Shown piece by piece: positions 51,971 through 61,891 of a DNA stretch of 64,000 nt. The notes beneath the pieces are model-generated. The model searched no databases. It was given only the letters and a program-made list of their open reading frames with translations, and was not told the origin of the DNA. The stretch is from Paraphysomonas bandaiensis. Taxonomy: Eukaryota > Protista > Chrysophyceae. Both the position numbers and the translations under genes were made by a program. Every line of letters starts with the position of its first letter. Positions within the stretch are counted from its first letter, which is position 1. Location: the NCBI GenBank assembly GCA_965644295.1, contig CBFFRP010000346.1, positions 35,221-99,220 on the forward strand, in the 5' to 3' direction.

Positions 51971-54900
51971 CTACGGGTTATTTTCGTCGGCATATTTCCC
52001 ATTGTAAAAACACATGTCGCATACTCTAGATGGCTCCATCAGGCCAAGGCGGATAATAGGATGGCGATTGACGGAGCATGGGCCACAAACCAGTCCTCCA
52101 CAGCACCTACAGTTATATCTAGAGGTTTCAAATAAGAAGTGCCGGGAACAACATTTCTACACAACTCACCTCTCTTTGTACTCCTGCGCTTCCCCTCTGA
52201 AGGTAGAATGCCACGTGAAGCTGCTGCCGCAGCACTTGCAGCAAAGTGCCTCGTTATAGGGCATCCAGGGTGGGGGGCGACACGGCGCACGACGGTACGA
52301 CCGTACCTGATCAAAAGTCACAGGCATATACACATCCGATAAGCACACCAAACCTCCTGGAGCGCTTCGAATATACTCTTACTGGAGTGGTCACGGAATA
52401 TGTTTCCCTGTACCAGAATACGCCTGAGATCTGGAAAGTCCCGTGGAACAACTGCTGCATTGTAGAGGCCTCTCCATGCGTATATATGGACCAGTCTGCC
52501 AGGAAGCCACAATTGTATGACCTCTTGCTCATTGACTAACACGCACTCCTCTTGGTCCAAGCTACCATTTTCTGTGGAGTTTGAGTCAATCAGTGGCGGA
52601 ACCGCATCCACGGTGGGAAGAGTGTTGGGAGAGGCATCGGAGCCAGCTTCAGGGGTGTCCCTCCATCGCGGAGACCACAATGCAGTCGCTCGAGTGATTG
52701 CATCGTTCCAGTCTTGTTGGAGGTACTTGAAAACCCCTGACCTAAATGCGTTTACTTCCTTCATCAGCAGCCTACAGCAATCAAGTATGACCCAACGGAG
52801 CTGAATTACACAACTTACGCTGTACCTTATAGAAGCAGGAGTGACACGCGCTATGAGGTCATCGTGCAAAATAATAGTCGTCACGAATTCTTTCATTTCA
52901 TCAGCAGTATGTGCGTCTACAAAAGATGGCGTTCCATACGAGTAGCACTGCACATTCGGGATTGAGACCGATCGCAGCATGTATGCCACCAGTGCAGCTA
53001 CTGCGCCCCCAAGAGAATGTCCAACGATCTGGATACGGAATCCTTGCTCTGCCAGTGTGACCAGGCACGCCCCAAGTTCCACGAGTATAAACATCGCAGA
53101 CCGATAGATACCACCACATGCGTATGTAGTCGTTGAAGAAGTTGGAAGCCATTCCCACTCCTGCATGACACTTCAGAAAACAACAAGACGATGCATTGGA
53201 ATGTCACCTGAGACGACCCTATCTGTGATGCAATACAGATATCCGACCCAGAAGCCGATGCACTTCCGATATAACTGTCGGAGTGGTAAACCCCATATAT
53301 GGCCCGCATGATCTCCTCCTCCGGGGGTGGAAATGCGGTAGGAGCGTTGCGTATATCTGTAACCACATCTTGCACTGAGTGTGTTCCGCGGATAACCAGG
53401 ACCACCTCTTTGTTGTCGCCATATTCCGGTGATTCGTCCAGTTGACAATGTTTGGGCTCACCTGCACCTGGTGACTTCAATACTTCTGAGAGTTTTCCAT
53501 CCTCTCCTACAGTCCACCTGCCTGCAGCTGAGGTGGTAGCATACAACCCAAATGCTGGTTGTTCTGGCTCCGAGGTCTCCTGCATACAGAGGAGTGTATA
53601 TCCTTGGGTGGACGCCATGCGCTGACATTCAGCAGGCTTATCTTCATATGCAATCATCAGTGCGAGTGATGAGTAGCTGCGCAGGACACGTCAATGCGAC
53701 ACACACACTGGCGAATGCTGTACCGTATAATGATGTCTAATTCGTCATCTAATAAATCGTCGCATACAGGAGGCTCGTCAGGACAGGGAATGTAGTCGGC
53801 GGCATGCGTATTATTACGTGAAGGCGTCCAGTGAGCCTTGTATTCATCATCAGGATTGCATCCCCTCAGCCCGCGGTCGATGGCAAGCTTGTAGTAGATA
53901 CAAGCTGTCAACTCATGCAAACTAATAGGGTAGTGTTGATCCTACGTACAGCAATAGCAACATAACAAAGTTATTCATTCATACCAGCCATATGAGGAGA
54001 GGAAAGCATATATTAGCGTAAAACAACTATCACTAACCAGTCCGCTAATTTTCTTTAGAGTTTCAACAGCCTCCACGAAATCCTGTCGCAGCAGTACCCC
54101 AGCTAGCCCGGACATGCCGTACCTGCACCTCCATATCACATGTATAGCAATGGAAAGTAGAACGAAAGTTATAACCTCACCTACGCAGAATCTCCACCGT
54201 CTCCACAATAAGCACAGCAGGATAATTCTGCATAAGCGCTGTCTTAACTACAAACAGAGTGCCATCCACGACTCGAAGCGCCTTGTCCACACCTCTATCG
54301 ACACCACGTGACATATATGGGATCAATGAACCCGATAGAAAGTCGCGTACTCTCAGTAGCCGCCACTGAACTCGGTCCATACGAGCCTGGGAATCCAATC
54401 ACCATACAACAGTACGTCTACTATACATTCTTACCTCACTGTCAATAATCTGCTCACATTCCAAGCATACCCTCACTGGATCTGTGTATCCATATTTCAT
54501 TATCCGTCGAGAGGACTGAGAATGCTCCCGGCAGAAGGACCTTCCTGCATAATAAACTATTATCACGAGTAATAAAACTAGGACAGAAACACACCGCAGT
54601 GCCTGCAGTGGTGTCTGAATAGTGAGATTGAAAATTCCCGCTGACAAGAGTAGCAAACTGTGTCTTCTTGAAACGCAGGAGGGGTAATGAGGTCGGTAAT
54701 GATGGCAGCAGCCTCGGAACTTCCAGCATCAAATGCAGCAATGAGGGCATCAAGTGCACTGAACCTGTCCAGGACAAGACGAGTGGACGGTTTCGGTACT
54801 GGGGTCGATATGGGAGCGGAAAGCACACTATCAGTACTAGTGCGATAAGCACCCTTACCAGAATGCTGAGAGAGAGAAAGTGTGACGGTCTCTGCACCCA

Positions 54901-55874
54901 CAGGCATGTGGTTAGTGGGAGGCAATGAGCCAGATGACCTATCGGACACGCTGTCTCGGGTACAATGCAGAAGTTGACGGTGAGCCCAAGAGAGAGTTGA
55001 GAACCGTGCCCGTCGCTTAATTGTCGCAGAATCCAAGGAAAGACTATGCGCTGGGTCTGGTCGAATGATATTCTTGCTGCTTCGCACAGACCTACGGTGG
55101 ACTACCTCTGGATCGTCTGATATCATCAGCGTCGCATACCTGCAACGCATAGGTTCGTGTCACTTTACAAACTAGTAATACTAACACTACTAACCACTTC
55201 GTGTATGTCCTTGTTCGATCCACTGCAAAATAACATGACTCGATAATTACATCGCCAACTGCTTGGAGGGTCGAAAACCGTTTTAGGGCACCATCCGCCT
55301 GTTTAACTGCTGAAGTGATACTTTCTTTGGTGGCATTCGTTAGTGGCTTACTATGCTTGGTCACAATGTCATATCCTCTTTTGGTAACAAAACCTGCTCC
55401 TTGTACAACATATCTGTTCACAAACTTGACCAGAGCGGAAGTAATTGCATAAACTCGCCCCCTAATATGTAGAACTCCAGTTTCACGTGAAGGAGGATCA
55501 CTAAGTGTCGGCTCCGTGTCATGGACAAGGACCTCGGATACATTGTCATTTGCCTCGAAATCATTCGAAGACATGTCTATCACGGCAACTTCACAGTCAG
55601 AGCCTGACATATCGACAACATGGTGATTCATTGCTCTGTCCACACATAATGAACCATTGAGGTCAATGTCGTCGAATTCCCTCTGAGGAAACTCCTCCAC
55701 AGACTGAACAACATCACCCGACAAATTCAATAACCCGGCATACCCAGCTATAGTGGAGTTCATACCCTCAGCATCATCCGCTGGTGTGTAGGAAACATGT
55801 GTTGTATCTGTATCAGTGCCTGTGTCCTCGGCCCCATCATCCAGACCTGCAAACCACTGATACTCCTCAGTCAT
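51971..55874 (-). CDS. Class-3 (DAG-lipase-like) lipase flanked by two FYVE zinc fingers, multi-exon
   Basis: CYSCQREFSISLFRHHCRHCG..FC..VRVCLEC; VIRGTHS..DVVTD, GHSLGGAVA, HDDLIARV, PGRLVH, DH; C-terminal WMP..CKCC..YNCRCCGGLVCGPCS..RVCDMC. Confidence 0.88.
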
Positions 55875-56306
55875 TATATCAAACAATTACATAAGATGGA
55901 TTGATTATGATAGTCGACATCTGAAGTGTTATATATACATGTATGTATGTATGTAGAGATGAGAAGAAACATGTACAAGAAAGAAAAGAAACATCTCAAA
56001 AACATCCAACAATACTGCTGTAGGATAACAAGAATACGGCCGTACTGTAAGCTGACGACTTCAACAAGAGAAGTATACCACATGATAAAAAAAATTATTC
56101 TGTAAAATGTGGAAGGTACCGTACTCAAGCCCGCACCATAATGGTGTGGAACTATATAAGTGGTGATGATGAGTGACCAGTGGTATGTATGGTGTTGCTG
56201 GTGAGTAATAGATCCAGGGAGGTGGGTGTTGAAGGAGGAGCTCTCTCATCACAGCATGGTATCATACATACAGAACATAATAACAGCGAGAACATATCAT
56301 AGTAGC

Positions 56307-57233
56307 ATGGAATCAACTACCACGGAATCAACTACCACGGAATCAACTACCACGGAATCAACTACCACAGGGGGCATTAGAAAAGTCGGTGATGGGGAAA
56401 CCAAAAATCGTAACTCCTCTGCGTTAGCTCAGTTTGCGAAGTACTTGGAGATGCGGTTCGACGGGAAGAAGAGGTATAAGGAACTCATAGACAGTGATAT
56501 AAATGTAGAACTATTTCATCAATGTTTCGGTGGCTTTTTGATCGATCACGCCGTCCATGGAACAACGAAGAAGCCTTTGACCCTAGGTACTGCTTGGCAG
56601 TATTTGTCAGACACGAAGACTGCGCTGACGAAGCGATTTAAAAGAAATGAGTTATTAAGCAGCTCCAATGAGCTGTGGTACAAAGATGTGAGAGCGGCAG
56701 TATCAAAGCATATTATCAAGCGGTGTATCGCACAAGGAGTGCGTATATCAGAGAAAACAAGTCCAGTGGGGAAAGAACTAATGAAGCGCATAGGTGAATA
56801 CATTATACATCGGGCATCTGATTTCTCCGGTAAGTGGACATACTTCACATATCTATGATTTACTGTATACCCTATGGTAGACAACGTCAACAAACAGAAA
56901 AAACTAAATCGAGTATTGACTAAAGGACTCGGCCTATTGTACGATGACGAGAAACGTTTTCTTGATGAGCCGAAACCCTGTATGGCAAGTCAGTCTACTT
57001 CGTACAGAGAATGGAAGAGTAATTTAAAATGCATAGCTGAAAAGGTTGAATTGCGTGTTATTGTTGATTTATTTGGTCAGGAAAATTACGACAAGTTTCA
57101 CCCCAAAAAAAAAGCCTCTAAGAAATACATAAACAGTATATATGATGCAATGAGTGCACGAAGGGACAGTGATGGTAACATTATTCCAAGGACAAAGAAA
57201 AGGAAACTTCAGTCTGATGTTAGTAATCTGTAG
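56307..57233 (+). CDS. Crypton/tyrosine-recombinase-like protein lacking a recognisable catalytic domain (2 exons, ~291 aa), left copy
   Basis: LTLGTAWQYLSDTKTALTKRF...WYKDVR...KRCIAQG..SEKTSPV resembles the N-terminal core-binding region of stramenopile Crypton YRs; 51-bp GTAAGT...TAG intron (56830-56880) joins the two ORFs in frame. Confidence 0.55.
56309..56368 (+). repeat. 15-bp tandem repeat x4 (GGAATCAACTACCAC, encodes ESTTT); mirrored at ~61039-61098
   Basis: Directly visible in the sequence. Confidence 0.95.
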
Positions 57234-57759
57234 AATGCCAATATATGTATTCATTTATAACCACTCCATCAACTTTTTATAATGTACCCTTATAATTAAT
57301 GATTCATTAGTAATTGGAATACATCGTATCATTATTTACAGAGCATACAACAGTATAATCAACCATTACAGCGTTCAGCATTTTATTATTCGACACAGTC
57401 TGATGTTAGTAATCTGTAGAATGCCTATATGTATTCATTTATAACCACTCCATCAACTTTTTATAATGTACCCTTATAATTAATGATTCATTAGTAATTG
57501 GAATACATCGTATCATTATTTACAGAGCATACAACAGTATAATCAACCATTACAGCGTGCAGCATTTTATTATTCGACACAGTCTGATGTTAGTAATCTG
57601 TAGAATGCCTATATGTATTCATTTATAACCACTCCATCAACTTTTTATACTGTACCCTTATAATTAATGATTCATTAGTAATTGGAATACATCGTATCAT
57701 TATTTACAGAGCATACAACAGTATAATCAACCATCACAGCGTTCAGCATTTTATTATTC
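57210..57759. repeat. ~185-bp tandem repeat x3 (mirrored at ~59651-60200)
   Basis: CAGTCTGATGTTAGTAATCTGTAGAATGCC at 57210, 57396 and 57580. Confidence 0.93.
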
Positions 57760-58128
57760 CACACCGTTCAGAATTCTTATCACATACAGCCATACTGCAT
57801 ACCCTTACACAACATGACACATATTCACTGCAAGATGGAACAGGGGCAGCCGGGCGCTTGTGTCGCTTAGGCATCCCTCTTGCACCGGTAAGTATAAACG
57901 TCATTGCGCCTACAACAGCATAATAAACCATCACAGCCTTCAGCATTTTATTATTCCACACCGTTCAGAATTCTTATCACATACAGCCATACTGCATACC
58001 CTTACACAACATGACACATATTCACTGCAAGATGGTACAGGGGCAGCCGGGCGCTTGTGTCGCTTAGGCATCCCTCTTGCACCGGTAAGTATAAACGTCA
58101 TTGCGCCTACAACAGCATAATAAACCAT
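57728..58128. repeat. 197-bp tandem repeat x2 (mirrored at ~59282-59682)
   Basis: CCATCACAGC(G/C)TTCAGCATTTTATTATTCCACACCG at 57731 and 57928. Confidence 0.93.
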
Positions 58129-58652
58129 GACAACATTCAGCATATCATATACCATCACACAACATAGTGCATGCATGATATACAGCCTTCTATTCCTTCA
58201 AATGTACCACTTCTCATCTCTCTACATACCTGACACTTTAAATAGGATGATGGGAGCATGATGCTCCCACCTGGAATTCAATCATTGATATCCATATCAA
58301 ATCACTTCATACCATAATATACAGCCCTTCACAGTTCCTCTCCATACAGCCTTATAAACCTCGTCCAGTAACTGCATATCTCATCTCACAGTTTCATGAA
58401 ATAAGATGGTAGCAACATGTTATCACCTATCATTCAAGCACTCATTAACGTGTATCTGCTGCATATGGCTGCCTCGTCATATTACTATATACATATACTC
58501 GATGCATGTGATATGATGCACTATGCTATGATGCACTCTGCTGATTGGATCACTCGATGGGCGCACTTGCTGTGCGGCCTTTGTGTAAAAACAAGGGTGC
58601 GGGATCCCGCACCTGCGGTGCGGGCTAAATAATTTTTCCAGACAAGTTATAA

Positions 58653-61574
58653 GGGTGCGTTCGGTAGACCAAAAAAGTGCTGGATTTGCTCAAATTCGCT
58701 GGATTTCATCCATCCACTGGAATTTGGAAAATCTTACCGAACGCAAAAAAGCAAAATATGCTCATTTGCTGGAAAAATTATTTAGCCCGCACCGCAGGTG
58801 CGGGATCCCGCACCCTTGTTTTTACACAAAGGCCGCACAGCAAGTGCGCCCATCGAGTGATCCAATCAGCAGAGTGCATCATAGCATAGTGCATCATATC
58901 ACATGCATCGAGTATATGTATATAGTAATATGACGAGGCAGCCATATGCAGCAGATACACGTTAATGAGTGCTTGAATGATAGGTGATAACATGTTGCTA
59001 CCATCTTATTTCATGAAACTGTGAGATGAGATATGCAGTTACTGGACGAGGTTTATAAGGCTGTATGGAGAGGAACTGTGAAGGGCTGTATATTATGGTA
59101 TGAAGTGATTTGATATGGATATCAATGATTGAATTCCAGGTGGGAGCATCATGCTCCCATCATCCTATTTAAAGTGTCAGGTATGTAGAGAGATGAGAAG
59201 TGGTACATTTGAAGGAATAGAAGGCTGTATATCATGCATGCACTATGTTGTGTGATGGTATATGATATGCTGAATGTTGTCATGGTTTATTATGCTGTTG
59301 TAGGCGCAATGACGTTTATACTTACCGGTGCAAGAGGGATGCCTAAGCGACACAAGCGCCCGGCTGCCCCTGTACCATCTTGCAGTGAATATGTGTCATG
59401 TTGTGTAAGGGTATGCAGTATGGCTGTATGTGATAAGAATTCTGAACGGTGTGGAATAATAAAATGCTGAAGGCTGTGATGGTTTATTATGCTGTTGTAG
59501 GCGCAATGACGTTTATACTTACCGGTGCAAGAGGGATGCCTAAGCGACACAAGCGCCCGGCTGCCCCTGTTCCATCTTGCAGTGAATATGTGTCATGTTG
59601 TGTAAGGGTATGCAGTATGGCTGTATGTGATAAGAATTCTGAACGGTGTGGAATAATAAAATGCTGAACGCTGTGATGGTTGATTATACTGTTGTATGCT
59701 CTGTAAATAATGATACGATGTATTCCAATTACTAATGAATCATTAATTATAAGGGTACAGTATAAAAAGTTGATGGAGTGGTTATAAATGAATACATATA
59801 GGCATTCTACAGATTACTAACATCAGACTGTGTCGAATAATAAAATGCTGCACGCTGTAATGGTTGATTATACTGTTGTATGCTCTGTAAATAATGATAC
59901 GATGTATTCCAATTACTAATGAATCATTAATTATAAGGGTACATTATAAAAAGTTGATGGAGTGGTTATAAATGAATACATATAGGCATTCTACAGATTA
60001 CTAACATCAGACTGTGTCGAATAATAAAATGCTGAACGCTGTAATGGTTGATTATACTGTTGTATGCTCTGTAAATAATGATACGATGTATTCCAATTAC
60101 TAATGAATCATTAATTATAAGGGTACATTATAAAAAGTTGATGGAGTGGTTATAAATGAATACATATATTGGCATTCTACAGATTACTAACATCAGACTG
60201 AAGTTTCCTTTTCTTTGTCCTTGGAATAATGTTACCATCACTGTCCCTTCGTGCACTCATTGCATCATATATACTGTTTATGTATTTCTTAGAGGCTTTT
60301 TTTTTGGGGTGAAACTTGTCGTAATTTTCCTGACCAAATAAATCAACAATAACACGCAATTCAACCTTTTCAGCTATGCATTTTAAATTACTCTTCCATT
60401 CTCTGTACGAAGTAGACTGACTTGCCATACAGGGTTTCGGCTCATCAAGAAAACGTTTCTCGTCATCGTACAATAGGCCGAGTCCTTTAGTCAATACTCG
60501 ATTTAGTTTTTTCTGTTTGTTGACGTTGTCTACCATAGGGTATACAGTAAATCATAGATATGTGAAGTATGTCCACTTACCGGAGAAATCAGATGCCCGA
60601 TGTATAATGTATTCACCTATGCGCTTCATTAGTTCTTTCCCCACTGGACTTGTTTTCTCTGATATACGCACTCCTTGTGCGATACACCGCTTGATAATAT
60701 GCTTTGATACTGCCGCTCTCACATCTTTGTACCACAGCTCATTGGAGCTGCTTAATAACTCATTTCTTTTAAATCGCTTCGTCAGCGCAGTCTTCGTGTC
60801 TGACAAATACTGCCAAGCAGTACCTAGGGTCAAAGGCTTCTTCGTTGTTCCATGGACGGCGTGATCGATCAAAAAGCCACCGAAACATTGAAATAGTTCT
60901 ACATTTATATCACTGTCTATGAGTTCCTTATACCTCTTCTTCCCGTCGAACCGCATCTCCAAGTACTTCGCAAACTGAGCTAACGCAGAGGAGTTACGAT
61001 TTTTGGTTTCCCCATCACCGACTTTTCTAATGCCCCCTGTGGTAGTTGATTCCGTGGTAGTTGATTCCGTGGTAGTTGATTCCGTGGTAGTTGATTCCAT
61101 GCTACTATGATATGTTCTCGCTGTTATTATGTTCTGTATGTATGATACCATGCTGTGATGAGAGAGCTCCTCCTTCAACACCCACCTCCCTGGATCTATT
61201 ACTCACCAGCAACACCATACATACCACTGGTCACTCATCATCACCACTTATATAGTTCCACACCATTATGGTGCGGGCTTGAGTACGGTACCTTCCACAT
61301 TTTACAGAAAAAATCCAGCGAAATTAGTTTCGTGTTTTGAGTCGAAAGACGATTCACTGGATTTTTGAGAAGTGCTGGATTTTTGAATCACGATTATACA
61401 TACAGTATATGCGTTAAATACACGTATACCGGATGTGGCAATCGTTCGGTAGTAAGCGCTATGCCCATTTGCTGGATTACCCAAATACAGTGCATTTTCA
61501 ACCAGTGGAATTTATCAAAAATCCAGCGAATGCAAATCCAGCACAAAAATCCATTGGATGAACCGAACGGGCCC
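58653..61574. mobile_element. PIF/Harbinger (Tourist-like) MITE of ~0.39 kb, interrupted by the right arm of the palindrome
   Basis: TAA on both sides (58650-58652, 61575-61577); TIRs GGGTGCGTTCGGT / rc GGGCCCGTTCGGT; repeated subterminal GCTGGATTT motifs in both halves. Confidence 0.85.
60177..61100 (-). CDS. Crypton/tyrosine-recombinase-like protein, right (inverted) copy
   Basis: Reverse complement of 56307-57233 minus one codon. Confidence 0.55.
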
Positions 61575-61891
61575 TAAAGAATAGAATTTTGTATTTTCAG
61601 TTTCGTACGATGAAAACCGTTTCAAGATATCCTACTTTAGGATATGTCCCTTCAAGATACTTCACAAAAATATGGAAATTGTTGGTGTTTGATGTTCGTT
61701 TGTTTGTTCTTTTTCATTCTTTTGACTTCTTTCAAATAAGTGAATGTACACACAACACACTCAGCCCTTTTCGTTACTTTTGTCATTTCCATTTTTGTGA
61801 TTGGTCATAAGTAAGATAGTTATATATACATACACATACATTAAGTATCGATTCAATGCGTCCAATATAATTGTGTATATCTGTGTGGAAT

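Larger units (their letters stand above)
56098..61309. repeat. 5.2-kb near-perfect inverted repeat: arms 56098-58641 and 58769-61309, 127-bp spacer
   Basis: Mirror-image ORFs on both strands; the only difference seen is a 3-bp indel (His codon; 210 vs 209 aa ORFs). Confidence 0.97.

Noticed and set aside
57743-59667. Small mirrored ORFs (71-92 aa) in the palindrome interior
   Set aside because: Products of tandem repeats and symmetry, with no domain evidence
56098-61309. Whole palindrome as a single giant-TIR (Foldback/Mutator/Polinton-like) element
   Set aside because: No TSD outside the arms, and the spacer is explained as half of a PIF MITE that continues beyond the right arm
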